Positions 1-22,737 are shown, counted from the first letter of the stretch. The stretch: 64,000 nt of DNA from the human T2T-CHM13v2.0 reference genome, Homo sapiens (GCF_009914755.1 NC_060944.1), one strand, 5' to 3'. The notes: a model not told the origin generated them from the letters alone. Program-made: numbers and translations.

Positions 1-612
1 ATCCAGAATATCTAAAGAATACAACCCAATAGTAAAAAGACAAATAAACCGGCAGGGCACGGTGGCTCATGCCTGTAATCCTAGCACTTTGGGAGGCAGA
101 GGTGGATGGATCATTTGAGATCAGGGGTTCAAGACCACTACACCTGGCCTAAATCCTGGGTTTTAAATCTGGATAATGTCCATGCATGAAAGAGCCTGAC
201 CACCTGTGTTGGACCCCCAGGTCCATTATACCTAGCTGTGTGACCTCAGGCAAATTACTCAACCTCTCTCTGCTTTTGTTATCTCATCTATAAAATGGGG
301 ATAAATATAGTAGTACCACTTTTAGGGATGTTTGAGGAGTAAATGAGTTAACGCATATAAAGAAGAGCATAATAAGGAGTCTAATACTAGCCACTATCAT
401 CATCATCACTATAGGTCATTTGGATATAACAGATACAGCCCTGGTACAAACATTGTCCTGTTTCACTGTCGTAGGTCCAGCACCTAAAAGAGTGTGTGTG
501 GCATATTGCAGGCGCTTAATAAATATCTCTTGAATAAGTACATGACAGCGAATACATGAATGAATGGATGAAGAAAATATGGGTATAGTAGAGCTTTGGT
601 TTAAAAGTGGAA

Positions 613-1480
613 GATGACAACACCAAATGCTGGCAAGGATGTGGAGCAACAGAAACTCTCATTCATTGCTAGTAGTAATGCAAAATGGCACAGCCACTTC
701 TGAAGACAGGTTGGCAGTTTCTTACAAAACTAAACCTACTCTTACCATATGATCCAGCAATCACACTGTTTGGTATTTACCCAAAGGAATTGAAAACGTA
801 TTTCCACACAAAAACCTGTACATCATGTTTATAGCAGCTTTATTCATAGTTGCCAAAATCTTGGAAGCAACCAAGATGTCCTCCAATAGGCAAATGGATG
901 AATAAACTGTGACACCTTCAGACCAGAAACTTTAAAAACAGGGGTCGGGGGTGGGGGCACTATCAAGCCGTGGAAAGACATGGAGGAAACTTAAATGCAT
1001 ATTACTAAGCAAAAGAAGTCTTTCAGTCTGAAAGGCTACATCCTGTCTGATTTCAACGACATGACATTCTGGAAAAGGCAAAACTATGGGGACTGTAAAA
1101 AGATTAGTAGTTGCCAGGGGTTAGAGAAAAGGGAGAGATGAATAGTTGGAGCACAGAGGATTTTTAAGGCAGTGAAATTGTTCTGTGTGATACCATAATG
1201 GTGGATACATGCCATTATATGTTTGTCAAAACCCATAGAATGTGCAATCCCGAAACCTAATGTAAACTATGGACTCCGGGGGATAATGATGGGTGATAAT
1301 AATGTGTCAATGTAGGTTCATCAGTTGTAGCAAATATATTATTGTGGTGCAGGATGTCAGTAGTAGGGGAGGTTGTGAATATGTAGGGATGGGGGTATGT
1401 TGAAAATTTCTACAGAAATTCTATTTTCCACTCAATTCTGCTGTGAACTTAAAACTGCTCTTAAAAGTAAAGTTTATTCA
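613..1480 (+). mobile_element. Old L1 (L1MC-like) ORF2 end / 3'UTR
   Basis: Typical L1M 3' motifs (GATGTGGAGCAACAGAAACTCTCATTC..., ATGATCCAGCAATCACACT, TGTAAACTATGGACT). Confidence 0.8.
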
Positions 1481-2511
1481 TTAGTGTAAGAAATTCTGGA
1501 AGCCTCCGTGGTAAGGCCAGTCACACGCAGGTGCTCTGATGTACCCTAGCACTGGTCATCCAGAGATTGGGCTTCTCACTTCCTTCTCCTGGCAGTGGGC
1601 CACTTGCACAGCCAAAGCTAAGAACAGAAGCCTGGCACACCCCCAGGCGCTGGCCAGGCCACCCTTAGTGAGCCAAATACCCCCACCATGGAACCACTGC
1701 TCAGCTGGGTCTGGCCACCCAGAAGCACTTACAAACTCTCTGCATCTATGTGTGACCAGAAGCCTGATCTCCCCAGGCCTCATGGTGGTGTTTTTAAAGA
1801 AAGCCCCCAGAAGCTAGGCCCAGACAAAATCAGTTCCCAAAGGGACAAAGGCGCTCAGTCTCACAAGTTAAGTAAAAGACAAAAACAGAAGCAAACATTT
1901 ATATAGCATTAAGCTTGTGTCTGCACTCTTCTTAGCTTTTACAAACATAAATTCATTTAACTTTCTCCACAATCCCACAAGGTAGGGACTAGTATTATCA
2001 CCATGTTACGGATGAAGAAACTGAGGCACAGAAAGGCTAAGTCAGTAGCCATAAAACCAGTCAATCTGTTAACATGTCAGAGCTGGGTCGTGAATCCAAG
2101 CAGGCTGGCTCCAAGACCCTGTTGATCTCTCTGTTGTTCTCCCTTCCATGTACACAGTACTTTACAGTTTGCAAAATCCCTTTAGCAATATAGTATCTCA
2201 TTTAAGCCTCACAACCATCGGAGGTAGGTAGGGCAGGTAATACTATCTTTAAGAGGAATGGCAATGAGGGAACAGCAAATGAGGAAGCTGAAGCCTAGAG
2301 AAGGTAGGTGATTTGCCCAAAGTTGCATGATAAACAGCAAAGGCTCTGGAGGCAGGTGGCATAGGTTCAAACCCCAGCTATTACTGATCAGCCTCATAAT
2401 CTTGAACAAGTTAATACATACCTCCGTGCCTCAGTTTCCCCATCTTTCTTAGAGTTTTTATGAGGATTAAGCAAGTCAATACATGGAAAGCACTTTATTT
2501 AAAATGTTGGT

Positions 2512-3208
<697 letters not shown>

Positions 3209-3249
3209 AATGCTGGTATTTTGGGCCAAGCACTGTGGGTCACACCTGT

Positions 3250-3600
3250 TGTATTAGGTTTTCACACTGCTGCTAAAGACACCCGAAACTGGGAACAAAA
3301 AGAGGTTTAATTGGACTTACAGTTCCACATGTCTGGGGAATTTCTCAGAATCATTGTGCAGGGCGAAAAGCACTTCTTACATGGTGGCCGCAAGAAAGAA
3401 TGAGGGAAGAAGCAAAAGCAGAAACCCCTGATAAACCCATCAGATCTCGTGAGACTTATTCACTATCACGAGAATAGCACGGGAAAGACTGGCCCCCATG
3501 ATTCAATTACCTCCCTCTGGGTCTCTCCCACAACACGTGGGAATTCTGGGAGATACAATTCAAGTTGAGATTTGGGTTGGGACACAGTCAAACCATATCA
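3250..3600. mobile_element. THE1/MST-type MaLR solo LTR inserted into an Alu left arm
   Basis: TGTATTAG...GAGGTTTAATTGGACTTACAGTTCCACATG...AAACCATATCA interrupts the Alu sequence CACACCTGT/AATCC. Confidence 0.85.
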
Positions 3601-4061
<461 letters not shown>

Positions 4062-4329
4062 TCATGGATTTTTGTATTCATTTCGATTTTGGTAAATATT
4101 GCATTACAAATACTTTATCTTAATTACCAAGTTTGTTAACGCTCCCTTAAATTTTGTCTGGCTTGCTTCACCCTAGTCCTGGCCCTGCTTTGCATGGGGG
4201 AATCCTTTAATACACACTAGCTAGTGTCATCCCACTACTTGTTGAATGCTAACTATATGCCAAGAATTGCTGTTAGAAGTTTTATAAGTATACATCACCT
4301 CAACAACAAGAAGAAGAAAAATCAGAAAC

Positions 4330-4980
4330 CAAGTTGAAAAGCAAGTGACAGGACAGGAGAAAATATCTGTAGTTTATACAGGCAAAAGATTGGTGCTCAA
4401 AATATATAAAGAACTACTACAGATTCATTTTTAAAAAGACAAACTACCCAATACAACAGCAGGCAAAGGACAGAAATGGGCAGTTCACCAAAGAGGAAAA
4501 ACAGATGGTCAGTAAACATATGAAAAAAACTTTAGCCTCACTGGTTATGAAATACACATTTGGAAGTGTGATGTTATCAAGGGTTGGGAAGAGTGTAAGG
4601 AAATGGGATTATAAACTGATTATAAACTGATTATAAACTGATATAGCCTTTTTGGAGGGAAATTCAGGATCTCTATTAAAGTGAAATTGCATACACCCAC
4701 TGACTGAGCTATTTCACTTTTGTCTGCGCCAGAGAAACACGTACACATGTGCATGAGGATATTTATCAAAACTTTGCTCTGAATGGCAGTAAGTTGGAAA
4801 CACCCTAAATGCCCCTCAAAAAGGGAACTGATCAATAAACCACAGTATAGTCATTCTATGAAGTAGAAGCTACAGGGTTTATTTTTAAGGTAGATCATGC
4901 TATTAATTTTGGGGTGCAAAAGCAAGTGGTAGAGCCATATGCACTGTATGTTGCCACTTGTGCTTGCAAAAACAACCAGG
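4330..4980 (+). mobile_element. Degenerate L1ME-like fragment
   Basis: A-rich L1 ORF2/3' motifs (CAGTTCACCAAAGAGGAAAAACAGATGGTCAGTAAACATATGAAAA). Confidence 0.65.
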
Positions 4981-6024
4981 AAAAAAACAGTACTGAAGAA
5001 GTTCTCATTGGCCGACTATCCAACAGTCATTGCCTTCTTCTTTGCTAATAATCTCCAACTTTGTCTGGGTGGCACCATGCCCCATGCCAGGGAAGGAACC
5101 ACCTTTTGTCTCAGCCAACCTTAGCAGTCCTTCTCCTATCTGGGAGCCCAGTCCAGGCCAGGAGCAGCATCTCCCATCATTAGCCCGGGTCTACAGAGGC
5201 CAGCTCCCACCCCTGAAATTGTCACCCACACATGTCTTAAGGGTTTGGAAAATAGAGCATCTTCTGGGCTCTTTGGCAGAATGGACTTGCCGGGTGGGTT
5301 TTTTCACTTCACTCCTGCAGGCCTGCCTCTCTAGGTCTTTGCTTCCTTCCTCCATGGGCTTCAGGGGCAGATCTGACGTTTCTACCACACTTGGTCTGCA
5401 CCAGCGTTTTTCCAAGCTGCCCTCCTGGGAGCATGTGAGCATCATCTCCTGGGGAAATGCCAGGGTGTTTGAGCCTGTATCCCAGGACAGTGCTCCTGAA
5501 TGATAAACTCTCCCTTATCCAATACCATATTTCCTCCCTGCACTCCTACCCCTCCATCCGAAACCTTCTGGATCCATTTCCTCCACAATCTCAAGCTCCC
5601 ATCAGCACTTATGACACCAATTCTGGAGCCCCTTTGGTGCCAAATCCCTCAGCATCCCAGAATATCTACCAGTTGGGCTGTGCGGGAAATTGACTCTTGT
5701 TATTGGTCTGGTGGCCAGCAAGGGAGAAATAGATCATTCTTGTTGGTTGGTTCTCCATCTCCTGGAAGTGTTCAAGAGAGATTGGAAGGGTCCTTGGCAG
5801 GTGATGTTGACTCCAGCCTCTGCAATCACATAGCCCTAGGTTCTAGTCCCAGCTCAAGCATTTCCTAGCTGTGTGCCTGTGGGAATTCACTTAACCTTTG
5901 TAAGCCTCTGTCTCCACCTCTGTAAAGGGCAGGAAATAACAGCATGAGCCTTGCAGTGTTGTTGCAAGGATTAATTGAGATGGCATCTTCAAAGCTCCCT
6001 GCAGAGGGCCTGCCTGGCTGGCTA

Positions 6025-6799
<775 letters not shown>

Positions 6800-7094
6800 C
6801 TAGAACCAGTTGGGAATTGAAAGCAGTATCTGGAGTTGGGTGAGAAGAAGAAGGGACTTGAAGGGGCAAAGGAAACTCAAGCTTTGTTCAGCTGCAGTTG
6901 TCAAGTGTGCTGGGCTCTCCCCAGGGAAGACACCCACCTGCTGGGGATGACACACCTTGCCGGGAAAACAAGGTGCTGGTGTGTGCAGTGGTACAGGGCA
7001 CTGAAAAGAACGTGGCCTAGGACACGGACAGACCTGGCTGGCTTGAGCCCCTTATGAGCCTCAGGCTTGGAGCAAGTCTCTGAAGCACAACTTC

Positions 7095-7315
7095 TCAGCC
7101 ATTGCTCTATGGACAGTGACAGCCAGATCACTCTTTGCAGTGGGGGCTGTCCTGGGTATTGTAGGATGTTTAGCAGTATGCACCATCTCTACCCACTAGG
7201 TGCCAGGAGCAGCTCCTCCCCCCAAGTTGTGACAACTAAAAAAATGTCTCCATTGACATTGTCGACATTGCCAAGTGTCCCCAGGGGCACAAAATCATCC
7301 CCAGTTGAGAACTAC
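7095..7315. mobile_element. MER20 hAT DNA transposon
   Basis: GGGGCTGTCCTGGGTATTGTAGGATGTTTAGCAG...CCCCAGTTGAGAACTAC. A second MER20, split by an Alu, lies at about 15800-16340. Confidence 0.75.
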
Positions 7316-8539
7316 AGCTTTAAATCTAATTAAGCCTTCCTGGTCAAATTGGGATAACAGTGATAGTAATACTGCCTTGTATGGTGGCTGTGAGGATTTC
7401 CTTCCTTCCCTCCTTCCTTCCTTCCTTCCTTCCTTCCTTTTCTCTTTCTTTCTTTACTTTTAGAGACAGGGTCTCACTTTGTTACCCAGGCTGGAGTGCA
7501 GTAGTGCAATCATGGCTCACTGCACCCTCGACCTCCTGGGTTCAAACGATCCTCCTGCTTCACCCTCCTAAATAGCTGAGACTACAAGCATGGGCCACCA
7601 TGCCCAGCTAATTTTAAAAAATTTTTTTGTGGAGATGAGGGTCTCGCTATGTTGCCCAGCGTGGTCTCGAACTCCTAGCCTCAATCCATCCTCCTGCCTC
7701 AGCCTCCCAAAGCCCCGGGATTACAGGTGTGAGCCCCTGTACCTAGCCAGGGCATTTCTTGAGCATTTACTAGATGCCAGTGGCTGTGCTCATGCTTTCA
7801 TGCATCAGCTCCCCTCCTCCCATAGCCCATCCCACATGGTGCTTTTACCCTCATCCTCCCTACATAGATGAAGAAACTGTAAACATCTTTCTTTTCATCA
7901 CATTCACATTCAACCAATACCTCCCAAGGAAGGGCCTCTTATGTGCCAGGATTCTGGGAGGGATTGTGGCACATATGTAATCTCACTGGTTTCTGGGTGG
8001 GTTTGGCTAGTTGAGAACCACTCACAGTAGACCGAAGGGTGAAAGGAGGGGAGAATCCAGGATATTTTCTCTCGTTCTCTCTCTCTGTGCCTCCAAAGCA
8101 TCATCAGCAGCTGCTGTGCCTCATCTGTGGCTGCAGATCCAGCTGTACAGTCTGTCCCTTGGTGATCCTGGATCTAGCTGGGCAGGCCATCAGGATTCTG
8201 TCTCCTGCCAGGTGGCCCAGCTTCAACTTCACAGCATGGTAGCACCAACTGTTCTCTGCTCCTCCCCCAACAAAGATGGCATCATCTTCCTGCTATGGTT
8301 TAGCACTGAGTTGTCTAACATGCCATTTGGCTTCTCACTTCTATCATCTGTGTGACCAATTCCTTGTATTATATTCCCTCTATTTGAATACCTAGTGGGA
8401 TTTCTGCTTCTCTGATTGGTCTCTGACGGCTCCATATGAGATTTGGTTTCCTAGTTCATGCTCTTGGACACCACAATAATCAGCTCTTTGCTGTACATGG
8501 AGTATATCTCCTGAATATAAAGATAAATGTGTTTGATAG

Positions 8540-9050
8540 ATGTATTAGTCAGGACTCTTTTGATTGCAAGTGACAGAAAACCCAGCCTTAATTGGTTTAA
8601 GCAGAAGAAGGGAATTTATTGGCTTATGTAACTGAAAAGTCCAGGGGATGTTTGGCTTCAGGTACAGTTTGATCCAGCAACTGCAATGCTGTTGTCAGTA
8701 TATCTCCATCTCTAGCTCTTCTTTCCTCTGTGTTGACCTCATGCTTAGGCAAGCTCTTCCACTAAGGTGACAGACAATGGTTTCAGCATCAACAAACCTA
8801 CACCCTTCAAGTTTACCAACTTCAGTAGAAAGTCCTCTTTCTCAATATTTCCAGCTGAAGTCCCAGGCAGGATTCTCATTGGTCCAGCTTGGAACACATG
8901 CCTGTTTCTGAGCCAATTACTGTGACAAGGCAAGATACTGGGTTATACATCGAACCCCTGCAGCTGGACAGTGGGGTCAGCATCCCCCAAACCACAAAGT
9001 CCAAGAATGGGAGTGAGGTGGTTCCTGAGAATAGTGAAGGGGTGTTGTTA
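8540..9050. mobile_element. MLT1 (J/K-like) MaLR LTR
   Basis: TGTATTAGTCAGGACTCTTTTGATTGCAAGTGACAGAAAACCC...AATTTATTGGCTTATGTAACTG. Confidence 0.65.
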
Positions 9051-9242
9051 CCAAACATCAATGCATGTGCACTGATAGATACATGTTATTTGGTTTACTC
9101 GATGGTGATGCCGAGCTAACCAGCAGATCAGGAGGAGCAGAAGATTAGCAATCAGAAGACCCATGTTTGAGCTCAGGGTCTTCAGGCACCCTTCTCTGAA
9201 CTGCAATTTTCTCATGCATAAAATTCAACAAAAAACAATAAC

Positions 9243-11032
<1,790 letters not shown>

Positions 11033-11328
11033 TTTCTCTCATCTTTATGTGAAAAAATGTCTCTTGACCTCATCTCCAGCTATAACTCCATCTCTTTCCT
11101 TCTCTTTTCAGCAAAACTCAAAGAGTCTATATCTCAAATTTCTCTCTTCTTACTCACCCCCGCCCTGCATGTGGCTCTATCCCAGGGTCACTTCAAAGTC
11201 CTCATCCATCCTGGACCCCTCAGCAGCATGTGACACAGTTGCTCTCTCTCTCCTTTTTCAAAAAGTTTGGTAAAATATACATAACATAAAATTGACCATT
11301 TTAACCAGTGGTATTAAGGGTACAGTTC

Positions 11329-11559
11329 CAATGAGAAGAGTTGGACACAGGGCGGGGAACATCACACACCGGGGCCTGTTGTGGGGTGGGGGGATGGGGG
11401 AGGGATAGCATTAGGAGAAATACTTAATGTAAATGACGAGTTAATGGGTGCAGCAAACCAACATGGCACATGTATACATATGTAACAAACCTGCATGTTG
11501 TGCACATGTACCCTATAACTTAAGGTATATAAAAAATTATCTGGTAAATAACTTTAAAA
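11329..11559 (+). mobile_element. 5'-truncated L1PA 3' end inserted into an older minus-strand L1M
   Basis: L1PA 3'UTR (GGGAGGGATAGCATTAGGAGAAATAC...GCACATGTACCCT). TSD AAGGGTACAGTTC at 11316-11328 and 11560-11572. Confidence 0.88.
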
Positions 11560-11664
11560 AAGGGTACAGTTCTGAAGCATTAAGTACATTTGCACTGTTT
11601 TACAACTGTCACCAACATCCACCTCCAAAACTTTTTTGTCTCCTCAAATTGAAAATTTGCATCC

Positions 11665-12452
<788 letters not shown>

Positions 12453-13359
12453 TCACTCCCAATTCTTTCCACCCCACCCCCTCCAGACCCTGGTAACCTC
12501 TAATCTATTTTCTGTCTCAATGAATGTGCAGATTCTAGATATTTCAAAAAGTAGAATCATGTAATATTTGTCCTTTGAGTCTAGCTTCTTTCATGCACCA
12601 TTATGTTTTTGAGACTCACCCAGGTTGTAGCATGTGTCATACTTCATTCCTTTATGTCTGAATCATATTCCATTGTAGGGATAGACCACATTTGTTTATG
12701 CATTTATCCACTGATGGACATGTGAGCTCTCTCCACTTTTTGGTCACTGTGAATAATGCTACTATGAACATTCACAGAGGACCTTTGCACGGACACAGAT
12801 TTTCTCACCTAGGAGTGAAATTAGTGAATCCCATGGTAAATTTAACTTCTTCCCTCCTGAAACAATTTTCTTTCTTAGCTTCCAGGACACATTTGGCTTC
12901 CTCCTGCTGTGTCCGCTACTTCTTAGCTTCCTTTCCTGGCTCTCTCTCTTCCTCTCCACCTGCCAGATGTGACGTGCCCCAGGGGATCCCAGACAGGCCC
13001 TGTTCTCTATTCTACCCACACCTACTCCCTAGGGATCCCATTTGGGCTCTGACTTTGAAAATCTCTGTATATGCGGATGACTCCAAATTTGTATCTCTGC
13101 CTCTTCACTGAACTTCAGGCTCCCCTTGTACATCCAACTGCCACCTGACATCCCCACCGGTCCAGAGTGGAGACTGGGATCATGCCCACAAATCTGTTCC
13201 TCCCACAGGCTCCCCATCTCAGTAAACGGCACCTTCATTTTTCCCATTGTGCTGGCCAAAACCTTGGAATCATCCTGGATTCCTCTTTTTTTCCCACACT
13301 CTACCTCCAATCCATCAGCAAATCCTGCTGGCTCTGCCTTCAAAATGTACCCAGGATCC

Positions 13360-14100
<741 letters not shown>

Positions 14101-16783
14101 GTACCCAAGAGCCAATCACCCTTCACCTCATCCACCTCTGCCCTACCGCAGGGCCAGGTCATCACATGTCTCACCTGGACTCTAGCAATCACCTTCTCCC
14201 TGGTGTCTGTGTCCCATCCCTGCCCCGACAGTCTATTCTCCCACATTGCCTGAAGGATCCTGTTAGCACCCAACGTCAGGTCAGGGCTTTCTTTACTCAG
14301 AGCCTTCCACGGCTCCCAGCTCACCCAGAGAGCAGCCATAGTCCCCACAATGGCCCACGGGGTCCTATAGGACATGTCTCCTCCCCATTGCCTCTCTGCC
14401 TTCACCTCCTCCCACTCTCACCCTGGTTCCCTCTATTCCAGCCATACCAGCCTCATGGCTATTTCTTCAAAACTCCAGTCACACTCTCACTGCATGGCTC
14501 TTAGACTTTCTGTTCCTTCTGCTGAAATGCTCTTCCCACACCAACTTCCTTTACCTCCTTCCATTTTTTTCTCAGTGAGACTTTCCTTGCAAACCTACTT
14601 AACATTATCCCCCCAACACTTCCTACCTCTTTCTTTTTCTTTCTTTTTTTTTGGAAACAAAGTCTTGCTCTGTTTCCCAGGTTGGAGTGCAGTGGAGCAA
14701 TCTGGGCTCCCTGCAACCTCTACCTCCCGAGTTCAGGCAATTTTCGTGCCTCACCCGCCTGAGTAACTGGGACTACAGGTACACACCACCATGCTTAGCT
14801 AATTTTTGTATTTTTAGTAGAGAGACTGGGTTTTGCCATGTTGGCCAGGCTGGTCTCAAACTACTGGCCTCATGTGATCTGCCTGCCTCAACCTCCCAAA
14901 GTGCTGGGATTACAGGTGTGAGCCACCGTGCCCTGCCCTTACCCCATTCTCTGCTTTATTTTTCTCTAGAGCACTCATCTCCATCTACCATGCTGTACAT
15001 GTTACATATTGTCCTGTTCACTGTCTGTCTGCCTGCACTGGAATGCAAGGAAGAGATGAGGACTTGCTCCCTGGAGTAGCCCCAGCACCTAAAACAGTAA
15101 CTGACACATATCTGTTAACTGAATTAACACAAACTAAGCCAAAAAAAAAAGGACTTGTTGGCTAATAGACCTGAAAAAATCTGGGACTGGGATAGCTTCA
15201 GGCATGGCTAAATCCAGGAGCTCAATACCATCAGAACTCATTCTTTCCATGCCTTGGCTGTGTTTTCCTCTGGGTTAACCTCACTCACAGGCTAACTCCC
15301 CAAGCATGGCAATTGCAGCTCTTTCCCCTTTTCCCATTATTCCTGCAGGATTTCAAGTCTCAAGGGAACAATTTGGGTCATGTGTCTATTCCCAATCACT
15401 GTGGCCAGAGGATGGACAGCTCTAAAGGGCTGAAAGCCCAGGAGGCAGCCAGGGGAGTGTGAACCTTCCAGAAGCTTTTCTGATGGCCCCACTCAGCAAC
15501 TCTGCCTCCAGCTCATTAGCCCAAACTCGCTGGTCATTCCCAGCTTCAAGCACCTTTGGGAAAGTGGAGGCTTTATCTTGCCAGCCTCCAAAAAGAGCAA
15601 AAGGCAAGGGGAAAGGGGTTGTGAAGAGCTTTTGGGTGAAGAGTACAGTACTTTCACAGGCTCCTCCAACCTCGAAGAACAGGGAGAAAGGAATTGAGGA
15701 CAAAAGTCAACACGCCTCAGGCAAACCATCTTATGCAATTTTGCCCAAGGCTGCAGTTTCAGTTCAATGAAATCCTACAACCACTCACTGGGCAATAATG
15801 CCATGCAAGGTTTTTCTATCTTGGCACTACTGACATTTTGGACAGAATGTAATGATTCTGGGCCGGGTGCGGTGGATCACGCCTGTAATCCCAGCACTTT
15901 GGGAGGCCGAGGCGGGCGGATCACGAGGTCAGGAGTTCGAGACCAGCCTGACCAACATGGTGAATCCCCCGTCTCTACTAAAAATACAAAAATTAGCCGG
16001 GCGTGGTGGTGTCCGCCTGTAATCCCAGCTACTCAGGAGGCTGAGGCAGGAGAATCGTGTGAACCTGGGAAGCAGAGGTTGCAGTGAGCTGAGATTGCAC
16101 CACTGCACTCCACTCCAGCCTGGGCGTCAGAGCTAGACTCCATCTCAAAAAAAAAAAAAAAAAAAGAATGTAATGCTTCTCTGTTGTGGGGGCTAGCTAT
16201 CCTGTTGATTGTAGGATATTTCACAGCATCCCTGACCTCTAACCCTAGACCCCATCCCCAGTCATGACAACCAAAATCATCTCCTAGACATTGTCCAATG
16301 TCCTCTGCTGGGCAAAATAGCCCCCAGTTGAGATGCACTGCATTTCTACAGTCTAAGTTCCATAAGAGCAGGTTGCCTGTTTGCTTTACGGCTGTGTCTT
16401 CCGCACGTAGCACAATTTCTTGGCACATAGTAGGTGTTCAATTAATAGTTCTTGAGTTGCATGAATGAACAAATGAATGAATGCCTGATGCAGTGCAGTA
16501 CTGGGGTCCACACAGTGAAGAACACACAGACCTTACCCCCAAGAAGATCAAGATCTAGTAGAAGCCCCAAAGTGTTTCCAAAATGGGGAACCTTCTGTCC
16601 CTCTCAGTGACATGTCACAGGAACTCACAAGCTAGCAGGTCAGAGGCTATGCCACCAAACCACAGTGGGCTTCATGCGCTCTGCAGACATAACAGCCACG
16701 GTCAGGCTTACAGTCAACAAGGGAACCAGAACAGTGAGGCCAGCTGGGTGGTAGGCCCGCTAGAAAAAATTTAATCCCTTTGA

Positions 16784-17740
<957 letters not shown>

Positions 17741-18121
17741 TCTGCTTTGAGGACTGTGCTGAAAATGGTGGGACAACAGTTTCCAGCCTCTTGGACTTCT
17801 CAAAGGCAGTAAAAATTCTTAAAAATAAAATGAATGATTGGGCAACCGAAATAAGATGGTCTACTTTTTATATTGCCAAGTAAAGACTACAGGATAAAAT
17901 AAAATTAAAGAAATATTTTTTCCATTACTTCACAGTAAAAGAACATTTTAACCACCAACATCACTACCCCCAAAAAGGAAAGGAGATTAATATATTAACA
18001 TAAATGGTAGTTGTTTAAGTTTACTTTCATGAAAATTTCACTACATGCCTGTGTGTTCCCCCATAGTACCAGGAACTGATAAACAAAGAAGCAAACGACC
18101 TCCTCACCATCTACAGTCTAG

Positions 18122-18253
<132 letters not shown>

Positions 18254-18394
18254 TAAGGAATTCTGAGATGTGTAAAAGGGATTGTTTTGCCCAAAGGAGG
18301 TTTTCAGGCTCTGAAAAGAATAAAATCCCAGGATAACTGCTTTAATGGAGGCACAAGCAACAAGAGAACCCCAAGACAGAAATTAGTTCTGATT

Positions 18395-19888
<1,494 letters not shown>

Positions 19889-20352
19889 CTACCCTCTGTG
19901 CTTTCCCATCAGGCAACTGAAGGAGCAAGTTCCCGGGGCTGGAAGCACAGCAATGAGAGGGAAGCACAGAGGTCACGGGTGACAGTGGGGAAAACGAGGC
20001 AGCAGTGGAAATGTATCAGAAGCAAAATGTGCTGGGTTTTGCCTAAGGCTAGCAATGCAAAACAAATCAGGAAAGTCCCCTGGACTTCGTGAGGTGGGCT
20101 CAGGCACACATGGAAAATTGTGGTGAGGGAGGAGATTTTTTCCTAATTAGCACTGAGGGATCCAATAAGCCAAACCTTTTTCACACATGACATAGCTATC
20201 AGATTTTATCCCGGTGCCAGGGAAGCTCACGAGAATGATTCTGAGACAAGATGATGAAGCCAAAATCTTTCCCCCGGCTTTTTTTTTTTTTTTTTTTTTT
20301 CTAAAGTGTAAAACAGGACCAGGTGGTGAGTCTAGTTGAACTGCTCGAGCAT

Positions 20353-20386
20353 TGGTGCTCTCTGGTGGCCAATATAGAAATTGCAT
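20353..20386 (-). promoter_or_regulatory. Candidate CTCF site (core + upstream U motif)
   Basis: Minus strand reads TGCAATTTC-TATAT-TGGCCACCAGAGAGCACCA. Confidence 0.5.
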
Positions 20387-20610
20387 TGGCAGCGGTGCAA
20401 AAGTTTTCCTTTTTATGAAAAAAGTCAGATAATCTAAGAGGTGTTGCAGAAGCTAGCATTGCTTAAGAGGGATGTTTATTGGAAGGTGTAATCTTGGAGT
20501 TAGAATCTTTAACATGCTTCTTCTGAAACCAGCTTTTCCTCGTTCTCTGTCTTGGTAAATGGCCTGACCACCCATTGTTCCCCAAGTAAGAAACGTGGGG
20601 GTCACACTAG

Positions 20611-21081
<471 letters not shown>

Positions 21082-21147
21082 TGACAGAGCTCTCTGAGAC
21101 CTCAAATTCCTGGGCTCAAGCAACAGTCCCACCTCCGTCTCCAAAAC

Positions 21148-21264
21148 CACTGGGATTACAGGTGCAAACCACTGGGATTACAGGTGCGAGTCACTGGGAT
21201 TACAGGTGCGAGCCACTGGGATTACAGGTGCGAGTCACTGGGATTACAGGTGCGAGTCACTGGG
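21148..21264. repeat. 22-bp minisatellite (CACTGGGATTACAGGTGCGAGT) x5.3 derived from an Alu 5' end
   Basis: Units begin at 21148, 21170, 21192, 21214, 21236, with a partial unit at 21258. Confidence 0.95.
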
Positions 21265-21934
21265 CCCTGCCTACCTAGCATCGCTTCTGTCATATTCTGT
21301 TAGCAACACTCTCCAAAGCCCAACCAGTTTCAAGGGGAGGGGATGTAGACCTCACCTTTCAATGAGAAGAGTGTCAACGAATTTGTGGACTTTATTTCAA
21401 AACAGCCACAACAACTAATTCCTGATAAAAACTGAAAATATGACATAATAAGGCTTTAACCACCCCCACGTTTGTTTATGTGTTTATGATCTGTTTCCCA
21501 CGCTACAAATTAAGCTTGATGAGGGTAAAGACTTGGGCATTTTGCCCACTGCAGTGTCCCTGAGGCCAAGGACAGGGCTGAAGAATTACACGGTGATTAG
21601 ATCAGAGGAAATATCACCGTCTCCCCTCCTCCTGTCTATTTTAGGCCAAAGCATCCTTCAACATCCAGCTCACAGCTCTTCTCCGTGGTCTTCTAAACTC
21701 CAGTTTCTCTTTGCCTATTCACCTGAGGGTCACTTTGTGCTATACTAAGTTGTCACGTCTTAAATTACAGCATCCAGTATTACCAGTTCAGCTGCTGGAG
21801 CCTGACACCCTGGACCCAAATCCCAGCTCTCATGTGAACCAGCCATGTAACCTTGGACAAGAAACCTCAGTTTTCTCTTCTGTTAAATGGGGGAAATATT
21901 GGGGATTTTGTAAGGATTCAATGAGCCAATTTAA

Positions 21935-22737
<803 letters not shown>

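Noticed and set aside
21148-21264. Regular direct repeats resembling a CRISPR array
   Set aside because: No spacers, eukaryotic context; the unit is Alu sequence.
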